A DNA stretch of 64,000 nucleotides from Sphaerodactylus townsendi. Taxonomy: Eukaryota. The stretch spans positions 29,636,001-29,700,000 of the forward strand of contig NC_059435.1 in the NCBI RefSeq assembly GCF_021028975.2, in the 5' to 3' direction. Of the stretch, positions 13,501-26,985 are shown piece after piece (the stretch's first letter is position 1; each line of letters starts with the position of its first letter). The notes under the pieces were generated by a model. It had not been told where the DNA came from. It was given only the letters and a program-made list of their open reading frames with translations, and searched no databases. Both the position numbers and the translations under genes were made by a program.

Positions 13501-14654
13501 AGTCAAACTTTTGCTTTGTTCATGCCACTAGATTTGCTGCACAAGACCAACAAGATTAAACAGCTCCTACTGCCGTAAGATATATGTTATGATTAGGACC
13601 CCCATGAAACTGGCTGAGAACATCAATCTGTCATCAGGCGGGTTTTCAGACACTAGGCTAGAACAAGCTTTGAGCTCCTGCAATGGAAGGAAGGCAGGCA
13701 GGCAGAAGATTTTCAGCCCAATCCAAAGGGGAGGGGGTGGATCTGCCAGTGGGACCAGCACAGGACCATGCCAGTGGATTTCCCCTCCCTGTGGCACTTG
13801 CCTCAGTGGAAGGGCAAATCCTCTGGTGGGCAGTCACTGCAGCTCTCCCTGGCAGTGAGATGGGACACCGGATGCTGCACCAATGTTCCTGCACTGCCAC
13901 TATTGACGTAGCAGGGCAATCCCGGGGTGTGGCCAGGGGAGGAGCCAACATTAGACAGTTTCCTCCCAGACATTGACCTGATTGCACCAGCAGCCAGACT
14001 TATGTCACTGAAAGGTGACAATGGAGGCTTATCACTGATGGGAGGGGGGATTTTTTATATTTTAAGAGAAGGCATAATCCCAGTTTATAGTACATTTTCA
14101 TTCCTTGCTAAAAAAAAAAGTTACCTCCCCAACTATGGTGTCTTCCTTCTCTTTTGATAATTGACTATCTCAAGATTGCTAATTGACTATCTCAAGATTG
14201 CTCAGACACACACTCACATACCATGGAAAAGAACTAAGAAACACATTATCCTTTAACTTCCTTTGTTTAGCTCCACAAGTCATGAACATATTATCCACGA
14301 TTTAATATTTCCACAGAAAACTTACATTCTTTTATTTCACTACAGTATTACAACCTTTGGAATGTTTGATTCTTCCTTTTCTCCAATTATCCCTTGGCTG
14401 ATAAACATGGTTTTATTGCACTGATTTTGTAACAAAAGGCCAGTGAAAATGCAAAGACCTCTTTAAAAAGACTGAAAAGCATGATAGTTAAATGAATGCA
14501 ACCATGACGGGAAAAGATCACATCTTTCTCTGTTAGTTAGAAACCAAAGGCACCATTTCCCATCAATACATTTTATACATTTTGCTTTATACATTTTGCT
14601 TATCATAAATGGTGACTTGCATATCAGTATTTTTATGTCATTAGGGCTTACTTA

Positions 14655-15045
14655 AGCCCCGTGGCATCAAGGGATAAGCTGCAGGACTGCAGTCAAAGCT
14701 GTGCTCATAACCTGAGTTCAGTTTTGATGGAAGCCTGTTTCAGGTCAGTGGCTCAAGGTTGACTCAGACTTTCATCCTTCCAAGGTTGCTAAAATGAGTA
14801 ACCAGCTTGCTGGAAGTAAAGTGGAGAGGACTGGGAAAAGCAATGGAAAACTGCCCCGTAAACATAGTCCAGTGGTGGCGAACCTCTGGCACTCCATATG
14901 TTATGGACTACAATTCCCATCAGCCCCAGCCAATTTGCCATACTGGCAGGGGATGATGGGAATTGTAGTCCATAACATCTGGAGTGCCACGGACATAGTC
15001 TGTCTAATACTGGTAAATGTTGTGAAGTATCACTCCATGGATTAG
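14655..15045 (+). mobile_element. Sauria SINE, interrupted by a hAT MITE
   Basis: Diagnostic ggctcaaggttgactcag..ttcatccttcc..ggt..taaaatgagta body and BovB-like ctgggaaaagcaatggaaaactgcccc segment. Confidence 0.75.
14870..14992. mobile_element. Palindromic hAT MITE with 8-bp TSD ACATAGTC
   Basis: TSD at 14862-14869 and 14993-15000; internal palindrome gactacaattcccatca / tgatgggaattgtagtc; right TIR shortened. Confidence 0.8.
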
Positions 15046-16766
15046 GGGTTATTTAATTCTTTTTACTGCCTATTTAGTCTGAAATTGCCAAGACCTTTTC
15101 CATCAAAATGCAGTTCCACAAATTGTGGTTCTATGACACGAGTACATATTTAGAACAAGTTAGTAGGAAAAAACCTGGTGTCTCTCATTAGCCATATTGC
15201 AAACCAAACTGTGTTACTTCTGTTGTCTTGAGGTTTTCTGCTAGATTTTCACAAGAGAAATTTCTATCGTATTATCTAAATTAAAATCTTGCCTTACTTA
15301 AATGATACTCTTGGGCTATGATCTTTAAATCCCATCATATTGTAACTTCACCCTAGCTCTTGGTTTCATGGACTGATAGCTTCCTACTTGCTTAATGAAA
15401 ATGCAAATTAATGTTTTTGGCAATTATATAGCAAGCTCTTTCAAGAACGTTATAGGATTTCATACTTCCCAATGTGATGTCCCACTGGAAAGCACTCCAA
15501 ATACTCATATTGCTTATTTTAGGTCACAGCACCACTGGCAGAAAACACAGACTTCATTTCCAGGCCATGGTCTGAATGTGAACAACCCTTAATTCTGGAC
15601 TTTTGATCTAACGGCCAGAGTAGCCATGAAGCATTTATATCTTATTTGTATCTCTATTCTCCTACAGGATTTTTTAAGTATGCAAAAATGAAAGGTAACA
15701 TGTTCACACTAAAAGCTCCATTCAGCATCACAAGTACTCTGCACATTTAAGTTGGTTGCCTTGAATGCAATTTGCATATCCAACATCTACCAGGTGGGTT
15801 ACTGTGCTATACTTATTCGACAACATTCCTGTTCAGAAAGTGGGCCCATTAAATGTGAAAAGCTTACTGAATTATTAGAATTATTGCTCCTGGAATGTAG
15901 GTATCATGCAAACTGACATCTAGCAAATAGCTCCTGCACACGTATCTTGATTATGAGCTTGTCGCAATCTTTGCTATCATCGTTTTAAACTTATTTGCAT
16001 CTCAAGGAGAGTTACAAGCATAATGTTCTGTAAAGGAAGGACTAGAACTCTCAAGATGCTAGTAAGACCATCCAGGAATTGGCATTTTAAAGGACAAATT
16101 GACTTTCTTTGAATGAATGTTGCTTCAGTTGCATTCACTCTGCCCATAAAACAGACTTGTGGCATGTTAAAGATTATATAATACATTTTATTACAGCAGA
16201 AGGCCAAAAATTCCAGAGTTTATATGTAGGTTTGATACTATTAGACTGTCAAGGCCTACTTGGCAGAGTACAGAAGTGAACAGAATAGGATCGCTATGGA
16301 AAATCATTGCCCTTCTTTACAACAACCTCCCTTTTATTTTTTGCAGATTTTGCAGATCCTGGCTGCAACTTACAAAAGTTTACACCATAATCATTTGGTC
16401 TTTAAGACCCTCTGAAATCTTCTCACAAGGCACCCAGTTCTTAAACTCATAGCTTAAGGCACGTTTAATTACAATGAGTGTGTCCCAGCTCCACGCTCAT
16501 GATGACTTCCAGTACATGAGACAGTACCAAAGCCATAATGTAAAACAAACATAAGACTACAATCTGCTCCCACTATCAGAGTCTCTAAGGTGATTTTGCC
16601 TTGACTTTGCTATTCTTTGACCGCTCCGCAAAGCAGGAAAAGCTCTGGTTTAATGCTCTAAAGTCCCCCACTTGCTCATTCTGACCTCTGTGTATGCAGA
16701 GGTTCTTTCGAGACTACATCATACATGAACCAAAAGCAGGAGGCTTCCCTTCCTACCACCACTAAC

Positions 16767-16850
16767 CTCATCATTGATTTTCTCTTCTATCAGATTTCCT
16801 TTCTTCCTTCTCTGAAGGAGAGTTCCTTCCACTGGATCTCCTGAAACCAT
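16767..16850 (-). CDS. Candidate alternative N-terminal coding exon (exon 16874-16767), likely of ATP2C1: MVSGDPVEGTLLQRRKKGNLIEEKINDE
   Basis: Branch point ggctaat, pyrimidine tract and ttgcAG acceptor (AG 16876-16875); Kozak aaaATGG; upstream in-frame stop; phase-0 donor GAG|GTTAGT. Confidence 0.5.
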
Positions 16851-19800
16851 TTTGGCATGCAAATACAGTTACCGCTGCAACATACAGAAAAAAGAGACAA
16901 ATTAGCCTATAGTTGCTCCTATCAAGAACTAAAGCAGATTATCAGAATGCCCTTAAAGGAACATAACAAAACTAATTAGTAGCAGCAAATATGTACAGGC
17001 TGTTTTCCTTATATACAAACTTTTGGGTTAAGATGTTTATCAGCTTTATGTGAACTTCAGAAACAAACCTTTGATATAAAAGCTCTTAACAACAGGAGTG
17101 CTGTCATTAGAAATCCTCAGGAGGCACAGCAAGGTCATTTTCTTTTCCGTGGCATTTAATGGGGTCTAAATTGCAGACATCTTTTTGGTGGGAAGGAGAG
17201 TATCTGGGGTTTTAATCTATTAGTTTTAAACTGTGATGTGTAAGGTTAGGCTGCATTCCTAAATGTAGTACCTAACATCTGTGGGACTTACTTCTAAATG
17301 AATATTGTTAGGAAAGGAGTTGAAAGAGACTTGATCATTACAAATATGAAACCATTAAAGGATGACACGAAATGGCTATAGGAGTTCTTTGACTTTCCAG
17401 ATCGTCACTGGAAAGCATTAAAGCAAGGGCAATTGGTTTCTTAGGGATTGTCTCCAAAGTAGCAGACCATAATGTTTGTTCTCTTATCACTTTAATCAAA
17501 TCCCATAGGAATATCCCATACATACAGCCTCCAACACAATCACAGTTGCAGAACTTTTTTTAAAAAAATGCAGTAAATAAGACCATGGAAAAAGTCATCA
17601 GACAGTTCACATTCTGTTGTTTATTGAATTATTGGTCTCCAAACAAGATTCGCTCTTGATGGATTCACTCTTCTTTTAGGAGAAGGGATGTTGGAAGTTG
17701 ATAAATACACATGGGAGGGGCAATGGACTTTAATATGGTCCTGAAGCAAGCTAAGCTGGCAGCCATCACAGTCCACATTGCTATAATTAAAATATTCACC
17801 ATTTTGCAATGCTGTCCTTTTGACTTTCAGTTCAGTCCTGAACTTTGTCTGCATGTGCATCACGCCTTCAGCATTACTGGTCAGTAGCTTATCTGCTTTC
17901 CGTAGAGGAAAATAAACGGCAGAAAAAACCCAGCTCCAATGAGCAGACAGTATAAGAACAACACTGGAGGCCATAGTGACATAACACATATCCACCAATC
18001 ATGGAGCAGTTTGCTGATGATGCCTCTAGGTCAGCCATATGCAGAAGCAGCCAATCAATGTGGGGTGATGCTGTCACACTTTCACACTCCACTCCACAGG
18101 CTACTCCCACCCACCTGCAGAACAGGATAAGGGGGAGGGGCTATCTGCTTGACTTCTAGGTAAAAGGATCAGGTAGATCAGGCAGCAGTGATCTAAAAGA
18201 CCTCTGCTGGATTCCCTGCCAGCCTGAATGAGTAGATAATGCTAATAGTGATGGACCAATTGTTTGATTCTGTATTCGGAAGCTTCATGTGTCACATGGC
18301 AAGAGAAGAAACCTAAGATGCATCACCCCCTTTTCACATGCTACTTTGAACTCTTCTGCCTCCTCCAGGTAGCAGGAAATAAGAGAGTGCCCAGAGAGCC
18401 CTCCAAAATTGCAGGGGCCTCTCGTTCTAACTGAGAGGGATGCCTGGAGGGAGAAGCCAAGTGTTTCAATGTCACTAACCACTGGGAGATGGGAGACTGA
18501 CTCAGCATCTCCATTCAGATGAAGGCTACCTGTTAAGGGTCTTGACAAGTACTTAACCACTCTGCCTTCAGAAACTTGGGAGAGCTTTAACCCTTGCATC
18601 CTTTCTGTAATGCCTATTGGTTCTCCAGAGCTGCAGTTAGCTTTTGTAGGAAAAACATATAAGAAAGGTATGTTATCCTTGGAGGTCAATTTACCCTAGG
18701 AAAAATGTTGCTGCCACAATAGTATATTAAGCAACTAAGTGCAACTTTAAATTCCAAACTAGGTTTATCATTTCTTAAAGATGCACAGCAACAGCCACGT
18801 TAAGACAGGCCCAGGTGAAATCTTCTAGCTCCTATTTCCTGTCCTACCAAGCCAGATATGCTCCCAACTCTATTGTTTCTAGTTACTATTATATAAGAGC
18901 ACAAAAATAAAGAAATTGAGTAACCCCTCTCCCCCACACACACCTGGACTGTGATCATGGACAAATCTTGTGTGGTGGTGGTCAGAAGTGCTGTCAAGTT
19001 GTAGCACACTTATGGGGACCTCTTGGAGTTTTCAAGGCAAGAGATGAACAGAGATGGTTTACCATTGTTTGCCTCTGTGTGGCAATCTTGGACTTCCTTG
19101 ATGATCTTATTCAAATACTAACCAGGGCCAACCCTTTCTTAGCTTCTGAGATCTAAGGAGATCGGGATAGTCAGGGTCATCCAGGTGAGGACAACATCTT
19201 GTTAAGCTGGACCCTAAAAAAGACTGTTGAGGGAACACTTGAGGAAACAGCTCCTCATCTAGGGTATTGATTAGCTTCAGAAAAACAAAGCATGGGTATC
19301 TCCTCCAGAACTAGCAACTGGGGTTGGCCTGCTCAAGAGATTTAAGGATCTCATTAATTTGATCCTAAGGCAGAGGGAAGAAAGCATAGGAAGGAGGGAA
19401 AGATTGAAAGAGGGAGAAAGAACGAACGGGTAGAGGAGGGGAAAGCGTGAGAAAGGGGAAAGGGAGGAGACAGGAATATGTGAGGTTAGAGAAAAGAGAG
19501 AAGAGGAGAGAGAGTAAGCTGAAAGGAAGGAGAAAAGTAGAGGGATGGATAGAAAGAGAAGAAGCAGGACCTTAATCATGGTGCGCTGCCCTGACTGGAC
19601 CACAAGTTTGTCTGAACTGGAAATGTGATAGTAGCCCCATCGACTGAAGAGCCTCAGAAATGACCACTGGTAACAATGATAATAGGGCAATCAGCTGGAA
19701 CTGGATTTAGACACTGTGGAGGAGCGCCTGCATGCTCTCTTGTCTCTGGTCTCCAAAGGGCTTCAGCCAGGATTGGGGCCATTGTGTACAACCCCACTTG

Positions 19801-21814
19801 TAACAATAATGTACCCTACCTGGAAATGTGGCAGCCCCTCATAATGAAGAAGGCTGGCTGTAGCCCTGGGGGAGGGGGAAGGAAAAATAAAGTTCTCTCT
19901 GCCCCCCCCCCCTCCTTCTTCTGTTTTGTCCTTAATCTAAAATCTTCCATGCAGTTTGCATAGGGACCTTTTCTCCAGCGTCATTTGGATGGATTCAAAG
20001 AACTGGACAATTTCAAGAGGACAACATCCAGTGACAGTATGTTTTATTGATCTCCATTGTGAGGAATTGATATCCTCCAGCATAATCTGAAACAGAAGTC
20101 TTATAATGGTGCCTGTTGTATAAGGAAGATGGCAAGGTCACTGTTGGTATTTGTAAATGGGGGCAGCAGGAGGAACCTGTCAGAATATGAATCATTGTCC
20201 TTATAGAGCTTGGAGGCTGCTAGAATGCTTGTTTCTTTCTCCTTTACCTCAATGGACAGATTTCCCTAAAGCTCTGCATTGCTGAATATTCTGGAGGCAG
20301 TTTTCCCTATTAAATCCCAATCCTAAGGTTTGTCTCAGACACTTTACACAACTCCCACCACACAAGCTAACGCTACAGATGTGATGGAGGAAAGTAGTTT
20401 ACGCTCACTCTTTGCTTCTGAGGACATGGCTTTGCCCTCCTCATTTCCTCAAAACTGGATGCTGCCTTTCCTTGTCAAGAGGCCGTGAACTACTACAGAC
20501 ACCTGCAGCTCCACAATTCGTTTAGATTATTACTTCCTTTGACCTGGAGAAGCTGAAAAAATGACCAAGCTGATCAGATCCTTTCTAAATGCCAGGAAAT
20601 GGCTAGAGTGTTTATTGTTCATCTGTTCCTGGCCAAGCCTTTAAATATGTCACCAAGATGTCTCCAAGAAGCATCTGCTTTGTTCTGCAAGAAAGAGTTT
20701 TACCTGAAATCCAGTCATCCTTTTCTTGGTTTTTTAAAAAAATGTTTATCTTTTCACAAGCAGATGAAATACAAGTCTTAAAAACCCAATTCAACATCCC
20801 ATGGACCTCCAGCTAGTGGCAAAGCATTTTTCCTCTCCTGTTTGCTGTTTCTGGGGAGTGGGCAGATGAGTAGAGAGATCCTTCTGGCTGGGATGGAAAA
20901 GGACAATAGGAAAATTCCTTGACACAGTGAACTGGCAAAGATGTCATTTCCTGTTTCTCTGTTAAAACTAATGGAAAATGTGATGTCTATTCCAGGCTCC
21001 CATTGCCAATGTGAAAGCTACCCTTCTTTCTCACAGCATACACACTCACAAAAAATCACATTAGTTATTTTGTCTCGATTAGTGAGCCTTTTTAACAACA
21101 CAGAGGATTATCGTTACCTTGCTCACTGATCCAAATTGTATTAATCTCATGCTGTTCCCATTCCTGTTTACACCAGAGTGCATTGACATCATTTGAGTTC
21201 TTCTGGAATGCACAAATTTCTGAATGGCCACCAGAAAGCATTAAAACAATCAATTCTTATTAATGTTGGAGTAAGGGAATAAAAACAGGATACTATACTG
21301 TTTGCAATAGTCTTATTTATTTGTCTTTTTTACTCAAAACCTTCTAGATGGTTTTAGTATGTCCCGGGGAATGCCCATGATTTTATAATATTACCAGTTT
21401 GTGAGTTCTAAGGACCAAAAGGTTAATTGTAAATTAAATCACGCAGTCACATACTCACACTCTTTCTCATATCTCATTCACACAGAATTTTCACCAGTTA
21501 AAATTAAAGGAAATTGCAGTTTTAAAGAGCCATGGAGGAATTATGCATATATAAGTGCAATCCTAGGAACACTTTTTTTGGGGGGGAAAACCCTGTTGAA
21601 TAGACCTGAGTAGGATTCTCATTAGACTTGTAGATTGAACTTGCTCTACATGTCACTTTCCAGTCCTGTCTCCACAGGTTCTCTTATAGTTGGCCTCCCC
21701 CTCCATTTTGTTAGGTCCCCATGGCAACCACACCAAAAAAGAATATTCTTCAGAACAGGCTTCACTAAATCTGATTATCTAGTTGTCTGATTACATCTAG
21801 ACGTGTTCACATGA

Positions 21815-22240
21815 GAACATTAGAAGAGAACTGCTGAATCAGATCAGTGGTCCACCTAGTCGCCTCTAATAGACTTATCATCCATGAATCTGACCACTTT
21901 TAAAGCTGTCTATATCTGTGGCCATCACTGCATCTTCTGGTAGCAAATTCCACATTTTCATCACTTGCTGTGTAAATAAGCATTTCCCTTTATCTGTCCT
22001 GAATCTACTGCTCATCAGCTTCATTGGATGTCCTTGAATTTTAACATTTTGGGAGAGGGAGGGAAAGTTCTCTTTGGCCCCTTCCGCACTTGCAGAATAA
22101 TATACTTTCATTCCATTTTCAATCCACTTCGCAGCTGTGTGGAATAGCAGAAGCCACTTGCAAACAATTGTGAAAGTGGATTGAAAGTGCATTATTTTGC
22201 ATGTGCGGAAGGGGTTTTTGTCAACTCCCTCCACCCTGTT
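21815..22240 (-). mobile_element. CR1 LINE 3' fragment with a nested Harbinger MITE (22076-22214)
   Basis: Translates to GHPMKLMSSRFRTDKGKCLFTQQVMKMWNLLPEDAVMA, typical of the CR1 ORF2 C-terminus; CR1-type 3' UTR. Confidence 0.8.
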
Positions 22241-24371
22241 GTATCTCAGGCAGCCAAATCCAGAGGAGGAGGGCCAAATCCCCCTCTGGAGGTGGCATGG
22301 ACTTAAACTGGTAGAAATGCCCTCCCCAGGGCATTTATCCTGGTGTAGGGGCAAATTCATAACACCCTGCTGCTGCAATAGCTGGTCACGGCACCCAGCT
22401 TTGTGTTGGCGCTCCCACACTGCCCCCAGTTGCACCGGCATGGTGGGGGTGTTCGGGGAGGGCAATTTTAGTTGGCCTCCAGAGCCCGGTCAGCCCCTGT
22501 GTGCCATCTGAATCGCCAGCAGAGACATACCTGTATGGGGGAGTTTTAGGTGAGTCATTTTTTCAACATTTTTGGGCTTCCAGGACCGTGGAAAAAGCCT
22601 TTGGAGCAGGCAGAGTGGCGCCAAAGCAGTGCCATTCCCACCCACCTGACAGTTCTGGATTGCACTGTCAGTCTCAAAAACTAATTCTTAACTATGATTT
22701 GATTCAGGGTTTTTTTCTGTTTTGTTCATTTCTATCAATAATAAAATAAAATAAACAATTATCAATGATGGCAATGGGAATAAGGGCTTTGCTGCAAAGG
22801 GTACATTTTTCATTTTAAAAGACAGTTCTGCTTTACAATAATATTGTGCAACAGCTACTGTGGTTCTTCCATACAAAACTTGCTTCCTTTTACTAAATCA
22901 AAAGATCATTTTCCTACCTATAAGCTCCACATTATATCTATTCATAGCAATCTGTTCAATTTGCTTTGTTCATCACCTACAAAAGTTATTCTGGGAGCAG
23001 AATGCTGTTGCCAGCTGATTCTTCTTTTTAAAGTGGCATATATTCTTCTCAATACCATGGAATTATTCAATAGAATTTTTTAAAAAAATAGTTACAAATG
23101 TGGGAAAATAGACAGAGGGAACTGGGTTCAAATTCCCTGCTCCGCTAGACAGGCTGCTGGTGACCTTGAGACACTTGCTAGCTCTTATCTGAATCTCTTC
23201 TTGACAGGCTTCTGTGAAAATTAAATGGAGGGAGGGGAAAGATATGCAGAAATAGCAGCTAGGGGGAGGATGCAAATAGATTGGTGGAATACTTTGACCA
23301 CAATCCTAAAATACAGATTCCTTCCCAGCTGTCTTCTAAATTCAATAACCACTATTGTGACAAGCTCATCCAAATGATTTTGTCACTACATCATTATCTC
23401 TCTTGAAAATCATGTCTAGACTGATATTCAGTAAGCAAAATTATATTTCAGCTACTTCTGTATGAGAAAAGATTGTTTGATGGTGTGCTCCCCCCCCACT
23501 AATGCTGAAGAAAGATGAAGTAGGAATCCAACAATTCCCTTTCTTGAGCTTATTTTATTTTTTACATTTTTAATGTGTATCTAGAGGTCTAACTAAATGT
23601 TATGTTGACCTCACCTCTGTTTTCCAGATGCTCACTGGGAGTTCTATGCTCTGAACTTAATTCCCCAAGTGCACAGGGGTTCAATTTTGATCAGGATTGT
23701 GGTACATGGGTTGAGGAGGGGGCCAAGACCTGCCTCCATTGGTATATGTATTAGTTAATACAGCAAAGTTGCACAGTCATAAAAGCAAAGTATCACATGC
23801 AGTAAATGAACTCCAAGAAAAAATACTGCAAAAACGTAGATTTACTTTACATCCATGTTGCAGTCAAAAGGAAACAAAGAGACCTAATTTAAAGAATACT
23901 ATTTCCTGTTACAAGTCACCAGCTAATCTGGCATCATGTGTGTGCATGTAAAATGGCATAGCTTCTACAGGAGAAACCTGTAGATGCATCTTGCTTCTTG
24001 CAGGTCCACAAGGACAGAAAGAGACACAGCCAGAGAAAAACGTTCAAGTTAGACAGACATTGCACTCATTAAGAAGATAACTTAAATATCAACACCAATG
24101 CACCATCCTCCAATGGTCAGGTGTGCTGAGTCATCTTCCTCCAACACCCTAGTGCCATTTTCCTGGCCCTGTTGAGTCACTGTTTGCCACGAGGAGTCAC
24201 TATTTGCTCCATGGAGCCAAATTACATGTACCAATGGGCTTGAACTCTCTCTCCCTGTACACTATGGTCTAGATCCAAATTGGGCCCATGTATACCTGGA
24301 AATTAAATCCTGAGCATAGAACTCCCAGCAAATGTCTGTTTGACAGGACTAGAGCAGTCATGGGGGCAGAG

Positions 24372-24507
24372 CAGTGGTGGGATTCAGCAAGTTCATACCA
24401 CTTTGGCAGAACCGGTTGTTAAAATGGTGCTTGTAAACAACCAGTTGTTAAATTATTTGAATCCCACCACCAGAACCAGATGTTAAATTATTTGAATCCC
24501 ACCCCTG
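24372..24507. mobile_element. hAT-type MITE
   Basis: TIRs cagtggtgggattca / tgaatcccacccctg; near-perfect 8-bp TSD gggcagag / ggacagag. Confidence 0.8.
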
Positions 24508-25077
24508 GGACAGAGGCATATCTACAGAAAATTGCATCTATGGCGAGATCTCCAGCCCTTTCCCCCCAGGACCCAGCATCACCCTCAAGCAATTCTGTCC
24601 CAGCTAGGGGGCAAAAAGAGTCAGTGTTGCAGGTGGTAGTCTATTTCAATGGCCCCCACACACCTCAGGCAGGAACGGCAGAAGAGGGGCTGCACAGCAC
24701 ACCCTCAGATAAGTGGCACAGCACACCAAAGTCATGTACAAAATCTCACCCACCTGACAGACCTCTGGGAGACTGGAGCTGTGGGGGAGGTGCCTTTCCC
24801 AGCTGCTGCTGCTGGGCTGCCACCATTTTTGTACAAAGAATGAGTGGGGAGAGCAAAAGGGAGGAAGATAATGTGAGGGTGGGGCGAGGGTGGAAATTGC
24901 GGCCCCCTGTGCACCTTCCTTGCAAGTCCTACTCCGTCAGAAAGGTGTCCAGTTGGAAGAAGAAGGGAAGTTGCCCCCACACAGGGGTGTAGGAGACGTC
25001 TGCCCCATGCGCCTGTCTTCTTCCTGTCTTGGCTTGGGGGCTTGGTCTTGTGGCCTCACCAGCCAGCCAGCAAGCAC

Positions 25078-25210
25078 NNNNNNNNNNNNNNNNNNNNNNN
25101 NNNNNNNNNNNNNNNNNNNNNNNNNNNNNNNNNNNNNNNNNNNNNNNNNNNNNNNNNNNNNNNNNNNNNNNNNNNNNNNNNNNNNNNNNNNNNNNNNNNN
25201 NNNNNNNNNN
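25078..25210. other. Assembly gap (133 N)
   Basis: Run of N abutting a SINE tail. Confidence 0.99.
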
Positions 25211-25471
25211 CCCCCTTTCTCTCCTGTAGGAGACTCAAAGGGGCTGACAATCTCCTTGCCCTTCCCCCCTCACAACAAACACCCTGTGAGGTAGGTGGGG
25301 CTGAGAGAGCTCCAAGAAGCTGTGACTAGCCCAAGGTCACCCAGCTGGCGTGTGTGGGAGTGTACAGGCTAATCTGAATTCCCCAGATAAGCCTCCACAG
25401 CTCAGGCGGCAGAGCTGGGAATCAAACCCGGTTCCTCCAGATTAGATACACGGGCTCTTAACCTCTTACGC
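25211..25471 (-). mobile_element. Young Squam3-like tRNA-derived SINE
   Basis: rc head ggcgtaagaggttaagagc ... ggtttgattccc (A/B boxes) and CORE-like gctgggtgaccttgggctagtcac. Confidence 0.8.
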
Positions 25472-25682
25472 CCAAACTGCAAAGTGTAAGGTATGTTCAG
25501 TGTTGCCATCTTGTGGCCTCGTTTGCAGAGGAAGTGTGTTTAGTTCCTGTTCGTGGGCTGTTCCAAGATGAAAGCCTGGCTGAAACTTTATGTTGTACAT
25601 CAGAAGTAAACATAGTTATAGCTGCTCTGCTCAGGAATTTGAACTGAGCATGCCTATATAGAGTTGCCAACCTCCAGGTGGT

Positions 25683-26985
25683 AAATCCAATACCACACTG
25701 CACCAAATGTGTAAAGGTCAGCCAAACCTATTAACCCGTAAATGATAAAATAACTTAAAGCATTCTTTTTGTTCTTCTCTCACAGGTAACAATTGAAAGC
25801 ATAGCAAATCTGAAGAATGTAAACAATACCTTTCAATAAAGAAATATATAACAAGAAAATGAGTGGTTTTGTATTATTTTCAACAACGTAGTTATAAACA
25901 AAATAGTTTTGTATAATTTTCAGCAGATGTAGTCATAAACCAAATCGAAGCCTCTTACAATCCCTGGGCTTCTTAATACATGTAAATAAGTAATTGTATG
26001 CTGTAAACTTAATGTCCACTTCTAAATCAAGTTACATAATGCAGGGCATGAATAAAAGGGTGATATAACCTCCGGCCAGGTTATTATTTCGGTATCACTT
26101 TTTCAAGCCCCCCTACTGTACATAACAAAACACCAAAGAATCATTTTAATAAATTGCTCCCTTAGAGTTTTAGCTGGATAATGTATCTACAACAAAAAAA
26201 CCACTTCGTACAGGAGTCAAACAGCTGAATCGCAGTCTCAGTATGATTATACTATATTGTTATTACACTTATATTACTGTTGATATTCATGATGCTTATA
26301 TTGTTTGCAAGTAGCCTGGATTAGCATTGAATTGAATAGCATAGCCTTTATTGGCGTAACCAAAAAACACGACTAGCATAAATAATAATAAAACAGGTGA
26401 GAAAGCTCAGGTAAATATAAATATATTACAAACTCTGAATTATTTCCATAGATTAGCATTGGAGGCCTTATTGCACAGGCTGCTTTTCCTGAACAGTGCT
26501 ACACTGAGAGTCCCTCCACATGGTCTTTAATATAATTTAAAACACCATTTAAGATATTTTCTATGAATGTACTAAGTGATTCTTAGTTTTTGTTGTAGAT
26601 CAATTATTCAGCTAAAGCCCCAAGGAAGCATTTGGAATTTAAGCATCCTTGTACACTCTCAGATAAGAGATCAGAGTAAGTCTGAAACCTAATTGGACAA
26701 TTTTGGACAGGCAGAAAAGGGTCTTTTATTAGGAAGCGCATGGATTGTAAGAGATTTCTATTTGGTTAATAACTACACTGTTAAAAATAATACCAACTCA
26801 GATAATATTTTCTTCTAATTTATTTCTTTATTGGAAGGTGTTGTTTTACAGTCTTCTGAGTTGCCGTATTTTCAATTGTTACCTGTGAAAGAAGAACAAA
26901 AAGAATGTTTTGAGTTATTTTACCGTTTAAGGGTTAATAGGTTTGACTGACCTTTACACATTTGGCGCAGTGTGGCATTGGATTT
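25683..26985. repeat. Long diverged inverted repeat (arms 25683-25978 and 26726-26985, ~750-bp spacer)
   Basis: Left arm aaatccaataccacactgcaccaaatgtgtaaaggtcagccaaacctattaacc...cttacaatccctgggcttcttaata aligns to the reverse complement of the right arm over its length. Confidence 0.9.
26330..26450 (-). mobile_element. Severely 5'-truncated LINE 3' end with 11-bp TSD GATTAGCATTG
   Basis: TSD at 26319-26329 and 26451-26461; rc tail ccaataaaggctatgctattcaatt resembles the tail of the element at 62931-63652. Confidence 0.7.

Noticed and set aside
17621-17998. 125-aa minus-strand ORF, possibly a Penelope or other TE remnant
   Set aside because: No diagnostic motif could be identified with confidence.
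24890-25329. ORFs containing X runs
   Set aside because: Artefacts of the N gap.
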